A stretch of 32,000 nt of DNA from Candidatus Electronema aureum (GTDB lineage Bacteria; Desulfobacterota; Desulfobulbia; Desulfobulbales; Desulfobulbaceae): the NCBI GenBank assembly GCA_004284765.1, contig NQJD01000017.1, positions 1-32,000 on the forward strand, in the 5' to 3' direction. The translations under genes and the position numbers were made by a program. Under the pieces are notes generated by a model. That model was not told the DNA's origin. It did not search any database and worked only from the letters and a program-made list of their open reading frames with translations. How positions within the stretch are numbered: the first letter of the stretch is position 1; the number at the start of each line of letters is the position of its first letter. Shown one piece after another: positions 13,815 to 23,620 of this stretch.

Positions 13815-15014
13815 TCAGACCAGCTTTGCCAGCACTTCCCTTAGACCTGCAATCACCGTGTCGATCTCCTCTTTGCTCACGGTCAAAGGTGGGATGAAGC
13901 GCAATGCCTGCATTCCGGCAAAGTTAATCAGCAGGCCGCGATCAAACATCTGGCGGACTATTGCTGGGCCGTGTTCAATACCTTTGTCGGTCAGCACCAA
14001 GCCGAGCAGCATCCCTCGTCCGCGCACCCCAGCACAGAGCTGCGGGAAGTTCTGCGCCAGCTCTTCTAACCGCTGAATGAAATAGGCACTGCGCTCGTGC
14101 AGATCAGCAAAGAAGCCATCCGCGAGCATGGTCTTGAGCACAGCAACACCAGCCGCAGCCGCAACCGGATTACCACCAAAGGTTGAGGCATGAGTACCGG
14201 GTGTGAAGGCAGCAGCAATCTTGGTACGGGTGAGCATGGCACCGATGGGCAGGCCGTTGGCTAAGGCTTTAGCCAAGGTCATGATATCAGGCACTACACC
14301 ACACTGTTCATACGCAAAGAGGCTACCAGTGCGGCCTATACCCGTCTGCACTTCATCAAAGATAAGCAGTAGGCCGTGCCGGTCACAGAGGTTGCGTATT
14401 GCCCGTAGATACTCCGGGGCCAATGGCCGCACTCCACTTTCTCCCTGCAAGGGTTCGCAGAGTACAGCACAGGTTTTGCTGCTGATCAGCTTCTCGATCT
14501 CTTGTGGCTCGCCAAAGCCAGCATGGACAAAGCCTGCGGGCAGCGGCTCAAAGCCTTTGTGAAACTTAGGCTGACCAGTGGCTGCTACGGTTGCTAATGT
14601 CCGACCATGAAAGGAGCCAGACAGAGAGATCACCTCGTATCTGCCTGCGCCGCTGCTGTAGATGCGGGCCAGCTTGATTGCTGCTTCGTTGGCCTCTGCA
14701 CCGGAATTACACATGAAGACGCGCTCGGCAAAGCTGTGCTGTGTCAGTAGCTCGGCCAGCTCGGTCTGCGGCTCGGTGTAGAAGAGGTTGGAGACGTGCA
14801 GCAGCTTCTTGGCTTGATTGCAGACCGCTTCGGTCACTGCTGGGTGGCAATGGCCGAGCGAGCAGACTGCTATCCCAGCGAGAAAGTCTAAATACTCCTT
14901 GCCGTCTGCATCCCAGAGGCGGCAGCCCTCGCCCCGAACGATGGCCGCTGGAAAGCGGCTGTAGGTGCCTGCAAACACGGCTTCACCTCGTGTTATCCAT
15001 TCTTGATTGCTCAT
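13815..15014 (-). CDS. argD: acetylornithine aminotransferase
   Basis: MSNQEWITRGEAVFAGTYSRFP... is a class III PLP aminotransferase, with motifs SGAEANEAAIKLAR, LIFDEVQTGIGRTG and TFGGNP. Start moved to ATG 15014; the track's 40-codon extension has no homology pattern. Confidence 0.85.
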   Translation of the reverse strand: MSNQEWITRGEAVFAGTYSRFPAAIVRGEGCRLWDADGKEYLDFLAGIAVCSLGHCHPAVTEAVCNQAKKLLHVSNLFYTEPQTELAELLTQHSFAERVFMCNSGAEANEAAIKLARIYSSGAGRYEVISLSGSFHGRTLATVAATGQPKFHKGFEPLPAGFVHAGFGEPQEIEKLISSKTCAVLCEPLQGESGVRPLAPEYLRAIRNLCDRHGLLLIFDEVQTGIGRTGSLFAYEQCGVVPDIMTLAKALANGLPIGAMLTRTKIAAAFTPGTHASTFGGNPVAAAAGVAVLKTMLADGFFADLHERSAYFIQRLEELAQNFPQLCAGVRGRGMLLGLVLTDKGIEHGPAIVRQMFDRGLLINFAGMQALRFIPPLTVSKEEIDTVIAGLREVLAKLV

Positions 15015-15132
15015 GCTGTGATCTCTTGGTTGATAAAGGGAAAGGCTGTAGCATTGTGATGATACACGAGCAAGGGATTGTCTGGCCGCTGTTCGTGCAT
15101 GACTGAAGGGTGATACAACAGAAAAGCCCCAC

Positions 15133-15170
15133 AAAAGAAAAAGGGAGTCAGCTTTTTCAAGCTGGCTCCC
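15133..15170 (-). terminator. rho-independent terminator downstream of tRNA-Glu
   Basis: Minus sense reads GGGAGCCAGC-ttgaaaaa-GCTGACTCCC (one mismatch) followed by TTTTTCTTTT. Confidence 0.6.
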
Positions 15171-15180
15171 TGTATTTTCT

Positions 15181-15255
15181 TGGTGACCCCAAGGGGAATC
15201 GAACCCCTGCTTACGACGTGAGAGGCCGCTGTCCTAACCGCTAGACGATGGGGCC
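15181..15255 (-). tRNA. tRNA-Glu (anticodon CUC), CCA encoded
   Basis: The reverse complement GGCCCCATCGTCTAGCGGTTAGGACAGCGGCCTCTCACGTCGTAAGCAGGGGTTCGATTCCCCTTGGGGTCACCA folds as a cloverleaf. Anticodon loop CTCTCAC, T-arm GGGGTTCGATTCCCC. It aligns closely with bacterial tRNA-Glu. Confidence 0.85.
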
Positions 15256-15317
15256 ATATTGATCAGCCATTATTTACAATATGCGCCCGGTTCTGTCAAG
15301 CCTCTTTTTCTTCTTTT

Positions 15318-16910
15318 TTAGCTTATAGCAGCTTCCGTAGCTGGCAGCCTACCAAACAGGATGGTACTCTGGCGAAGCTGCTCTGCCAACGCATCCGTGA
15401 TGAAACGTGACGCACAACGCCAACGCCAGTTGCCAGATGCTGTTCCGGGTGTGTTCATCCTACAGTCATTGCCAAAACCCAGCACGTCTTGCATGGGCAG
15501 GAGACAGAGTGCGGCCACCGATGATTGCGCTAAATAGATCATATCCTCATGAAAACGAGAAGTATCGTCGTCGCTGCGGTTGGCGCAGTGCTTCGCCTGC
15601 TGTTTGGCTGATGCTGCAACTTCGCCACTGAGATACCAACCTACGGCGGTGTCATTATCATGGGTACCAGTATAGACCACGCAATTTGTGATCATATTCT
15701 GCGGCAGATAGGCGTTATCCGACTTACCGTCAAAGGCAAACAGCAGGATTTTCATGCCGGGAAAGCCGAGATCGTCACGCAGTGCCTCTACTTCTTGGGT
15801 GATCACGCCAAGGTCTTCAGCGATAACCGGTAAGCTGCCAAGACGCTTCTCCATCTCTTTGAAAAAACGAAGACCAGGGCCTTTCTGCCAGCTTCCGTTC
15901 ATCGCAGTTTCCTCTTTCGCCGCAACCGACCAATACGCCTCAAAGCCCCGGAAATGATCAATACGGATCACGTCAACGACCGACAAAATCGCCCGCAGTC
16001 GCTCTTCCCACCAGTCAAGCAACCGTTGCTTCACCTCAGCGGTGCGACTGTGCCAGCGGTAAAGAGGATTTCCCCAGAGCTGGCCGGTTTTACTGAAATA
16101 ATCTGGTGGCACTCCGGCTACATGAGTGGGATGACCTGTTTTCGGCGAGAGCATGAAAATATCTTGATCTGCCCAGACATCAGCAGAATCAAGCGCAACA
16201 TAAATGGGTAAATCGCCAATGATCTGCACACGATTGGCAGCCGCGTGACGGTGCAACTCCTGCCATTGCTGGAAGAAAAGATACTGCTCGAACTGACAAC
16301 GGCGGATGTTCTGCTGAAATTCTTGCTCTGCCGCCTCAATTGCCTCCGGCTGATGCTGGCGCAGCTCCTCTGGCCAATCGAACCAACCTTGCTGATTAAA
16401 CTGCTGTTTGAGGGCAGTGAAAAGGCTGTAGTTGCGGAGCCAAGGCAGTCTGTTCGTCAGTTCATTGAAAAATGTTTCTTGCTGAACTCCGTCGTTTTTG
16501 TTCTGAAAGGACTGCCAAGCACGCGCAAGCACCTGTTCTTTCCACGCTGCAACGGCTTCAAAATGAACAAGGTATTCAGAAAACTCAGCAGGCAGAGACG
16601 GTAATTCTTCCTGTCGCAGCCAGCCATCGCGGATGAGTAAGTCAGGGCTAATCAGGAGCGTGTTTCCAGCAAAGGCCGAACCGCTCATGTAAGGCGAATT
16701 GCCGAACGCTGGACTGACTGGTACCAAAGGCAATACTTGCCAATAACTTTGACCACTTCGGGCGAGAAAATCGATAAAAGCATGGCTACCCAAGCCAAGG
16801 TCGCCGATGCCGTATTGACTGGGCAGGGAGGAAATGTGCAGGAGAATACCGGAAGTCCTTACCTCGCTGATCCTGCCTGAGAGGGAAGATTTGGAGTTTT
16901 GTTCTGTCAT
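15318..16910 (-). CDS. malQ: 4-alpha-glucanotransferase (amylomaltase, GH77)
   Basis: SGILLHISSLPSQYGIGDLG near the N-terminus. IIGDLPIYVA, IDHFRGF, VIAEDLG and YTGTHDN are GH77 signatures. Start could be ATG 16910 or TTG 16940. Confidence 0.85.
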   Translation of the reverse strand: MTEQNSKSSLSGRISEVRTSGILLHISSLPSQYGIGDLGLGSHAFIDFLARSGQSYWQVLPLVPVSPAFGNSPYMSGSAFAGNTLLISPDLLIRDGWLRQEELPSLPAEFSEYLVHFEAVAAWKEQVLARAWQSFQNKNDGVQQETFFNELTNRLPWLRNYSLFTALKQQFNQQGWFDWPEELRQHQPEAIEAAEQEFQQNIRRCQFEQYLFFQQWQELHRHAAANRVQIIGDLPIYVALDSADVWADQDIFMLSPKTGHPTHVAGVPPDYFSKTGQLWGNPLYRWHSRTAEVKQRLLDWWEERLRAILSVVDVIRIDHFRGFEAYWSVAAKEETAMNGSWQKGPGLRFFKEMEKRLGSLPVIAEDLGVITQEVEALRDDLGFPGMKILLFAFDGKSDNAYLPQNMITNCVVYTGTHDNDTAVGWYLSGEVAASAKQQAKHCANRSDDDTSRFHEDMIYLAQSSVAALCLLPMQDVLGFGNDCRMNTPGTASGNWRWRCASRFITDALAEQLRQSTILFGRLPATEAAIS

Positions 16911-17103
16911 TGCAGTCTGTTGGTCAGAAGGGATAGGCAACCGAAACTACAGTCCGGTAGAGCCAAACGGTATCGAAAATTCTTGCTTTGCTTTTTCAAG
17001 AAGAATGTACTATATAATATAAGTTTATTCTATTCATAAATTGTGGACGCAGGCGCGTCTTTTCTTTTGCGCGGAAAATTTTTCAATCGGAGGGCGAAGG
17101 CAG

Positions 17104-18432
17104 GTGCTTGCAAGTATAAAGGAAGACCTACTGAAGGCCGGACAAGGTGAGGGTTGTATTACCTTCAAACATCTCAATAAATTATTGCCGGACGATGTAA
17201 AAGACCCCGGTGCCATTGAAGCTGTGTTTGATTTTCTCAACGCGCATAATATTGAAATTGTGACAGTTGAGGATTCAGGCAGAAAAAGAACGCTGTCTGG
17301 TGAAGAATGGACAGGCAAGGAAGACATGCAAACGGATGAGGCAGAAGAAGAGTGCGGGCTTCTGCTGGGTGACGAAGAGCATGAAGCCGAAGAGACCACC
17401 ACCACCTATCTGCGGGAGATGGGCCAGTTTGAGCTACTGACCCCGGAAGAGGAGGCCCGCTATTCCAAATCGATCCGCGAGGGCTTCAGCTCTATCATCA
17501 CCGCGATCCGTGAGGATTCGTCTGGGGTGGTGGAGATGAAAGTGCTGAAGGAGCGGATTGAACTCTGGGAACGGCGCGATTCTACCTTGAAGCCCAAGAA
17601 GCAGCAGTTGAATTACATGCGCCAGTGCGTGAAAAAGGCAGCAGGTAAATATGCAGATCGGCGTGAACTGCTGGAGCTGCATACTCGCCTGGGTGCGTAT
17701 AGTCGCTCGATTGAGAACGCCAAAGATTGCATGATTCGGGCCAACCTGCGACTGGTAGTCTCGATTGCCAAGCGCTACATGCACCAAGGTCTGACGTTGG
17801 CTGACTTGATTCAGGAAGGCAATCTCGGCCTGATGCGGGCGGTTTTCCGTTTTGACTACACCAAGGGCAACAAGTTCTCCACCTACGCTTCGTGGTGGAT
17901 TCGGCAGGCAATCACCCGGGCGATCTTAGACAAGACTCGTACCATCCGTTTGCCTGTACATTTTTTGGAGCTGCGCAGCCAGTTCTTCAAGGCCTTCTAT
18001 TCTTTGCTGAAAGAGCTGGGTAGAGAGCCAACCCCGACAGAGATATCGGAGTTGACTGATTTGCCGATGGATAAGATATTAGCTATCTTAGAGGCTTCCC
18101 GTGAGCCGATCTCCTTAGAAACTCCGGTGGGTGATGACGACTCTACTCTCGGTGATTTCCTTGAGAACCAAGATGCGGAATCTCCCTATGATACAGTGGA
18201 GAACCGCGAATTAGCCACCAGAGTGACAGAAGTGCTCTCCACGCTGACTGATCGCGAAGAGAAGATCATTCGTCTGCGCTTTGGCATTGGTGAGAAGGCC
18301 GAGTACACCTTAGAAGAGATCGGCAAGAAGTTCAACGTCTCCCGCGAGCGCATCCGCCAGATTGAGAAGAAGGCACTTAACCGGCTGCGTCACTCCAGTC
18401 GTCGGGAGAAGCTACGTTTCTTCCTCGATTAA
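17104..18432 (+). CDS. rpoD: RNA polymerase sigma factor RpoD (sigma-70)
   Basis: Region 2 (RLVVSIAKRYMHQGLTLADLIQEGNLGLMRAVFRFDYTKGNKFSTYASWWIRQAI) and region 4 (TLEEIGKKFNVSRERIRQIEKKAL). GTG 17104 lies 10 nt after GGAGG; the TTG 17041 extension is unlikely. Confidence 0.9.
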   Translation: MLASIKEDLLKAGQGEGCITFKHLNKLLPDDVKDPGAIEAVFDFLNAHNIEIVTVEDSGRKRTLSGEEWTGKEDMQTDEAEEECGLLLGDEEHEAEETTTTYLREMGQFELLTPEEEARYSKSIREGFSSIITAIREDSSGVVEMKVLKERIELWERRDSTLKPKKQQLNYMRQCVKKAAGKYADRRELLELHTRLGAYSRSIENAKDCMIRANLRLVVSIAKRYMHQGLTLADLIQEGNLGLMRAVFRFDYTKGNKFSTYASWWIRQAITRAILDKTRTIRLPVHFLELRSQFFKAFYSLLKELGREPTPTEISELTDLPMDKILAILEASREPISLETPVGDDDSTLGDFLENQDAESPYDTVENRELATRVTEVLSTLTDREEKIIRLRFGIGEKAEYTLEEIGKKFNVSRERIRQIEKKALNRLRHSSRREKLRFFLD

Positions 18433-18461
18433 TTCAAGGCAACTTGCTCTTGCTGCACCTC

Positions 18462-18496
18462 AAGCCCCTTCTTTGGAAGGGGCTTTGCTTTTTGCT
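18462..18496 (+). terminator. rho-independent terminator after rpoD
   Basis: aagccccttc-tttg-gaaggggctt (10-bp stem) followed by tgctttttg. Confidence 0.75.
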
Positions 18497-18588
18497 GGCT
18501 ATTGCTGTCCACATGGTGTATTCGTTGATGAAATTAGTAACCCAAGAAAAGGCGAACACAGGGGTTCATCCCTACGGAACAGATCATC

Positions 18589-19692
18589 TTGAATGCAATA
18601 GACTCTTTCATTAAACAGGCGGGGCTGGGTGATATCTTAGCTAAAGTGCAGGCGAGCGAGCGGCTTTCACGTGAAGACGGTCTGCGGCTCTACCAATGCC
18701 CCGACCTTCTCGCTATTGGGTATCTTGCCAACCTTGTTCGCGAGCGCAAGAACGGCAACCAAGCCTTTTTCATCTATAACCAGCATATCAATTACTCCAA
18801 CATCTGCACCAACCTGTGCAAGTTCTGCGCCTTTGGCAAGGAAAAGGGGCATGAGCTGGCCTATGAGATGAGCATTGAGCAGATCAAGGACAAGGTGCGC
18901 CAACGTTTGGATGAACCGATCACTGAGATTCACATGGTTGGTGGTATTCACCCTGAGCTGCCCTATTCGTACTACCTTGAGGCGTTACGCAGCATCAAAG
19001 CGGTGCGACCTGATGTCCATATCCAAGCCTTCACCTGTGTGGAGATTCAGCATTTGGCTGATCTGGCAGGCAAGTCCGTAGGTGAGACCTTGGAGGAGCT
19101 GAAAGAGGCAGGTCTTGGTTCGCTGCCTGGCGGCGGTGCTGAGGTCTTCAGTCCTCGCATCCGAGAGCTGACCTGCCCGAAGAAGTTAGATGGTGCTGGC
19201 TGGCTGCGGGTAGCGCAAACCGCCCATCAGTACGGTCTGAAGACCAACGCCACCATGCTCTATGGTCACATTGAGACCATTGACGAGCGGCTTGAGCATC
19301 TCGATGCGCTGCGGCAGGCGCAGGACGAAACCGGCGGCTTCCTCACCTTCATCCCCTTAGCCTTTCACCCGAAGAACACCGCGCTGGCTAACCTCTCCCG
19401 CACTACCGGCATAGATGACCTGAAGAACATCGCTGTGGCCCGCCTGATGTTAGATAACTTCCCGCACATCAAGGCCTATTGGGTGATGATCGGGCCAAAG
19501 TTGGCGCAGGTGGCTTTATCGTTCGGAGCGGACGACATGGACGGCACGGTGAAAGAGGAGATCATAACCCGAATGGCGGGCGGTGAAAGCGAGCAAGCCT
19601 TGGGCCACAAGACGCTGATCCGGCTAATCAAAGAAGCAGGCCGCGAGCCGGTGGAGCGCGACACGCTGTACAAGGTGCTGGCGAGGTATTAG
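18589..19692 (+). CDS. mqnE: radical SAM aminofutalosine synthase (MqnE-type)
   Basis: CTNLCKFCAF radical-SAM cluster motif. GADDMDGTVKEEIITRMAGG near the C-terminus is the form I associate with MqnE/CofH-like enzymes rather than MqnC. TTG start. The MqnE versus MqnC assignment is from memory of the family signatures. Confidence 0.65.
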   Translation: MNAIDSFIKQAGLGDILAKVQASERLSREDGLRLYQCPDLLAIGYLANLVRERKNGNQAFFIYNQHINYSNICTNLCKFCAFGKEKGHELAYEMSIEQIKDKVRQRLDEPITEIHMVGGIHPELPYSYYLEALRSIKAVRPDVHIQAFTCVEIQHLADLAGKSVGETLEELKEAGLGSLPGGGAEVFSPRIRELTCPKKLDGAGWLRVAQTAHQYGLKTNATMLYGHIETIDERLEHLDALRQAQDETGGFLTFIPLAFHPKNTALANLSRTTGIDDLKNIAVARLMLDNFPHIKAYWVMIGPKLAQVALSFGADDMDGTVKEEIITRMAGGESEQALGHKTLIRLIKEAGREPVERDTLYKVLARY

Positions 19693-19738
19693 ACCTCTTG
19701 CATAATTCTATGTAGGCAAACATCAAAGGAGAACGATC

Positions 19739-20131
19739 ATGGTACAACAAGGAACGCACAGCGTGGTAATGGGCTACATCCTCTGGTTCTTCGGCTTCCT
19801 CGGCGTACACCGCTTCTACTACGGCAAGCCGATCTCTGGCACCATCTGGTTCTTCACCTTGGGACTCTGCGGCATCGGCTGGCTGGTTGATCTCTTCCTG
19901 ATTCCTAGCATGGATCGAGAGGCTGATCTTCGCTTTACGCCTGGAGCCAAGGATTACAACGCCGCATGGCTGCTACTGGTTTTTCTCGGTATATTCGGCG
20001 CACACCGCATGTACATGGGCAAGTGGTTAAGTGGCTTCCTCTATTTTTTTACTGGAGGGATATTTCTATTGGGTTATTTGTATGATCTATGGACGCTGAA
20101 TGATCAGCTCACCATGATCAATGCAGGATGA
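19739..20131 (+). CDS. TM2 domain-containing membrane protein (two TM2 repeats)
   Basis: The GYILWFFGFLGVHRFYYGK...GIGWLVDLFLIP pattern occurs twice. AAAGGAGA RBS upstream. Confidence 0.75.
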   Translation: MVQQGTHSVVMGYILWFFGFLGVHRFYYGKPISGTIWFFTLGLCGIGWLVDLFLIPSMDREADLRFTPGAKDYNAAWLLLVFLGIFGAHRMYMGKWLSGFLYFFTGGIFLLGYLYDLWTLNDQLTMINAG

Positions 20132-20137
20132 TGTATC

Positions 20138-21187
20138 ATGCAGCAGATAATAAAACTGGTGTTGGCAGGCCGTCGCATGAGCGGCAATGACTTCCTCAAG
20201 CTGGCAGCAGAGGCCGACCTTTACCAGCTCGGCTTTCTCGCCAATGCAGTACGGAAGAGGCTCCACCCGGAGGCCAAGGTCACCTATGTTATTGACCGCA
20301 ACATCAACTACACCGACATCTGCATCTCTGCCTGCAAATTCTGCGCTTTCTTCAAAGCACCTGATGATCTACAGGGCAGTGTCCTGAGCAAGGAAGAGCT
20401 GCTGACCAAGATCAGGGAAACGCAGGCACTGGGTGGCACGCAGATACTCCTGCAAGGTGGACTGCATCCTGAGCTGCCGCTCTCCTTCTACGAGGACATG
20501 CTGCGGACGATGAAGGCGACTGGTATTCACATCCACGGCTTCTCGCCGCCAGAGGTCTGCCACTTCAGTCAACTCTCTGGTCTGTCTGTGCGGGCGGTAC
20601 TGGAGCGACTGCGGGCGGCGGGCTTAGACTCTATCCCCGGTGGTGGTGCGGAAATTCTCTCTGACCGAGTGCGGCAGCAGCTTGCGCCCCGCAAATGCTC
20701 GGCAGACCAGTGGATAGCTGTGATGGAAGAAGCGCACCGACAGGGGATGCGTACCACCGCCACCATGATGTTTGGCCACATTGAAACTTGGGAGGAACGC
20801 TTAGAGCATCTGGAGCGACTGCGGGCCTTGCAAGACCGCACCGGTGGTTTCACGGCCTTTATCCCTTGGCCTTTCCAACCAGACAACACGGCGTTGGCCG
20901 AGACGGAGAAGACTACCGGCCTTGCTTATCTACGGATGCTGGCTCTCTGCCGGATATACCTTGACAACGTCGCCAATCTTCAGGCATCATGGGTAACACA
21001 AGGGCCGAAGATTGCCCAGCTCTCCCTCTTCTTTGGGGCCAACGACTTTGGATCAACTATGATTGAAGAAAACGTGGTCGCCGCCGCAGGTGTACGCTTT
21101 CGCCTTTCTGAACAGGAAATACGCCACTTGGTCACAGATGCTGGGTTCAGGCCAGAGCAACGGCTAATGGACTACAGCCCAGCATGA
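20138..21187 (+). CDS. mqnC: radical SAM cyclic dehypoxanthinyl futalosine synthase (MqnC-type)
   Basis: CISACKFCAFF cluster motif. SWVTQGPKIAQLSLFFGANDFGSTMIEENVV matches the MqnC signature as I recall it (…GSIMLEENVV). Confidence 0.65.
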   Translation: MQQIIKLVLAGRRMSGNDFLKLAAEADLYQLGFLANAVRKRLHPEAKVTYVIDRNINYTDICISACKFCAFFKAPDDLQGSVLSKEELLTKIRETQALGGTQILLQGGLHPELPLSFYEDMLRTMKATGIHIHGFSPPEVCHFSQLSGLSVRAVLERLRAAGLDSIPGGGAEILSDRVRQQLAPRKCSADQWIAVMEEAHRQGMRTTATMMFGHIETWEERLEHLERLRALQDRTGGFTAFIPWPFQPDNTALAETEKTTGLAYLRMLALCRIYLDNVANLQASWVTQGPKIAQLSLFFGANDFGSTMIEENVVAAAGVRFRLSEQEIRHLVTDAGFRPEQRLMDYSPA

Positions 21188-22410
21188 ATCCGCCGCTGGC
21201 TGTCCACCGCGCGCCTTGGCTGCTGCCGATCAGCCAACCGCCTATTGCGGACGGTGGCTTAGTCATAAGCAACGGTAAACTGCTGGCTGTAGGGCGTTTC
21301 CGCGACATTGTTCGTAGCCATCCGGGCGTAGCAGTGATAGATCATCCCGATGTGCTGTTCCTGCCTGGTCTGATCAACGCCCACACCCACCTTGAATTAT
21401 CCCATCTCGCCCATCTCGCCAAGCTCCCCGCGCCTGCTTCTTTCACCGAATGGATCATCCTCCTCATTGCTGAACGAGCTAAGGCCGCAGGAGACCCTGA
21501 GGCGGAAGGAAAACGCATTGCCACCGCCGCCCGAGCTGTCCTTGCTGCACAACAGCAGCATGGTGTGGTGGCAATTGCCGACATCAGCAACACCGGTCTC
21601 TGTAGTAGTCTTGGAAATGAGTTTAAAGGCAGGCTGCTTTGTTTCAGTGAATATCTACGCTTGCGGGCGGATGCGGTCAACGCGGCGTTGCTCCGGTTGC
21701 ACGCCGAGCCTGACAGTAATTACTGCACCGGCCATGCTCCGTATTCGACGCATGTTGACCTGCTGCGTGGCCTCAAGGCGCGGGCAAACCGACTTGGACA
21801 CGTCTTTCCTATCCACATCGCTGAATCGTCAGCAGAGATTGAGCTGCTTCGTTCCGGTGGTGGCGAGTTACGCGACTTCCTTGAGCATCGAGGTCTGTGG
21901 GATGATACCCTGCCTTTAGGCGAAGGCGGTGCGGTGAACTACCTACATCGTCACGGCCTGTTAGACAGAAGAACGCTCTGCATCCATTGTGTGCATATCG
22001 TTGGGGAGGAGATTGACCTGCTGGCGAAGTTCGGGGCCAAGGTCTGCCTCTGTCCAGGCAGCAACGCCTATCTCGGCGTGGACAGCGCACCGGTAGAGTT
22101 GCTTCTGCGCAGGGGCATCCTGCCTGCACTTGGCACTGACAGCTTGGCCAGCAATCCAGAACTGTCGATCTGGCGGGAAATGCGTATCTTGGCAGCACTG
22201 CACCCAGCTCTCTCCCCGGCAAACCTGCTGGCAATGGCTACCTTAGGCGGGGCTAATGCGCTGGGCTTGGCAGACCGGCTCGGCACCTTAGAACCTAGCA
22301 AAGACGCAGCAGTGTTAGCCATTGAGCTGCGCGCCCCTGCCCGCACCGCAGGAGAGGTACAAGAGCAACTGATTCAACAGGGCGGCGGCTGTCGATTGCA
22401 TCGCCTGTAA
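21184..22410 (+). CDS. amidohydrolase (chlorohydrolase/deaminase family), plausibly aminodeoxyfutalosine deaminase
   Basis: LPGLINAHTHLELSH metal-binding motif, later HIAES and GTDSLASN. The start overlaps the mqnC stop (ATGA). Function is inferred from that coupling. Confidence 0.6.
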   Translation: MNPPLAVHRAPWLLPISQPPIADGGLVISNGKLLAVGRFRDIVRSHPGVAVIDHPDVLFLPGLINAHTHLELSHLAHLAKLPAPASFTEWIILLIAERAKAAGDPEAEGKRIATAARAVLAAQQQHGVVAIADISNTGLCSSLGNEFKGRLLCFSEYLRLRADAVNAALLRLHAEPDSNYCTGHAPYSTHVDLLRGLKARANRLGHVFPIHIAESSAEIELLRSGGGELRDFLEHRGLWDDTLPLGEGGAVNYLHRHGLLDRRTLCIHCVHIVGEEIDLLAKFGAKVCLCPGSNAYLGVDSAPVELLLRRGILPALGTDSLASNPELSIWREMRILAALHPALSPANLLAMATLGGANALGLADRLGTLEPSKDAAVLAIELRAPARTAGEVQEQLIQQGGGCRLHRL

Positions 22411-22428
22411 CGTGCCGTCCTCTACAGT

Positions 22429-23505
22429 TTACTTCTTCCCGCAACCGCAGGAGTTTTCCTCCTTCTTTGCCCTGCCGAACCAGTGCTTACAGGTGTTCAG
22501 CAGCGGTCGCACCGACAAAGCCAGCAACAGCAAGGTAGCAGCCAGCATCACCCAGTGCGGCAGCATTGCGCCGTGCTTACCCACCACTGCTGCTGCCTTG
22601 ATGCCGAGCGAAAGATAGATCGCATCCACAATCAGGCCGCAAAGAACGCTGACCACGGCGATAGAAAGCAGGTACAGCGCGGTTGCTCGCTTGCCCAGCA
22701 TACCGATGAGCACGAACAGCGAGGTGACATTGGTGGCCGGGCCAGTGAGCAGAAAGACCAAGGCCGTGCCGGGACTGACTCCTTTGAGGATGAACGCAGC
22801 GGCAATCGGGGTGGATGCAGAAGCGCAGATGTAAAGGGGAATGCCGAAAACCAGCATCAGGAGCATTGAGGAAAAGCCACCGCCCAGCCACGAGGCAAAG
22901 ATTTCATCTGGCACCAAGACGGTGATGAACCCGGCAGCAATGATACCGGTGAAAAACCAGCCTACGATGTCTGGCCACAGATCGTTGACCGTGTAGCTGA
23001 GGCCCGTCTTCAGCTTGCTGAAGAAACTCAGCGGGGCAGCAGTTGAGGCCATCGGAAAAGGCGAGGTCTGCTGCTCTGACGGGGTATGCGGGAAGGAAAT
23101 AGAGTTCTCCAACAGCCCAGCCACAGCAGCGGAGATAAAGGCTGAGACCGGGCGGGCGACGGTCATGATGGGATCGAGCAAGGCCCAGGTCATGGAAATG
23201 GAATCAATCCCAGATTCTGGGGTGGAGATCAGAAAGGCTGTGACCGCGCCGTTGTTTGCACCCTGTTTCTTGAGCGTGGCAGCAGCGGGCAGCACCCCGC
23301 AGGAGCAAAGCGGGATAGGAATGCCGAGCAAGGCTGCCTTAAACACCGAGCTAAAGCGGCCTTTGCCGAGATGCGCAGCCACATAGGCGGGCGAGAGAAA
23401 GGTCTTGAGCAATCCGCCGACCAGCAGACCAAAGAGAATGTAAAAGGCAGACTGGTTGAGCAAGAGCCACGATGCCTGAAGCACGTTGTACAAAAAGGAA
23501 AGCAT
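22429..23505 (-). CDS. DUF318/ArsP-type permease (SO_0444-like putative metal transporter) with C-terminal Cys-rich tail
   Basis: Polytopic membrane protein from MLSFLYNVLQ..., with internal IPLCSCGVLP and C-terminal CGCGKK. Start moved to ATG 23505; the upstream extension runs through promoter elements. Confidence 0.6.
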   Translation of the reverse strand: MLSFLYNVLQASWLLLNQSAFYILFGLLVGGLLKTFLSPAYVAAHLGKGRFSSVFKAALLGIPIPLCSCGVLPAAATLKKQGANNGAVTAFLISTPESGIDSISMTWALLDPIMTVARPVSAFISAAVAGLLENSISFPHTPSEQQTSPFPMASTAAPLSFFSKLKTGLSYTVNDLWPDIVGWFFTGIIAAGFITVLVPDEIFASWLGGGFSSMLLMLVFGIPLYICASASTPIAAAFILKGVSPGTALVFLLTGPATNVTSLFVLIGMLGKRATALYLLSIAVVSVLCGLIVDAIYLSLGIKAAAVVGKHGAMLPHWVMLAATLLLLALSVRPLLNTCKHWFGRAKKEENSCGCGKK

Positions 23506-23550
23506 GATTTCGCCTTGAAAAAGAAGGGACGGGGAACACGGTGTTCCCGG

Positions 23551-23580
23551 ATATAAACGCAGTCGGCTACTTCCTGTCAA
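23551..23580 (-). promoter_or_regulatory. sigma70-like promoter for the permease gene (TTGACA-N18-TTATAT)
   Basis: Minus sense reads TTGACAggaagtagccgactgcgtTTATAT, immediately followed by the 17-nt palindrome at 23532-23548. Confidence 0.45.
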
Positions 23581-23620
23581 TGCAGAAATTTCTCGGCAGT
23601 CACAGCGTGTTCTGCTCTGC

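Noticed and set aside
15181-15255. tRNA-Glu as an integration site for a genomic island
   Set aside because: Both flanks (argD, malQ) are core genes of host-like composition. There is no integrase, no direct repeat of the tRNA 3' end, and the compositional islands lie elsewhere.
16941-17103. Small GC hairpin with a T-run (gacgc-aggc-gcgtc ttttctttt) upstream of rpoD as a terminator or sRNA
   Set aside because: The stem is only 5 bp and no upstream plus-strand gene ends there. It is more likely part of the rpoD leader. The evidence is insufficient to annotate.
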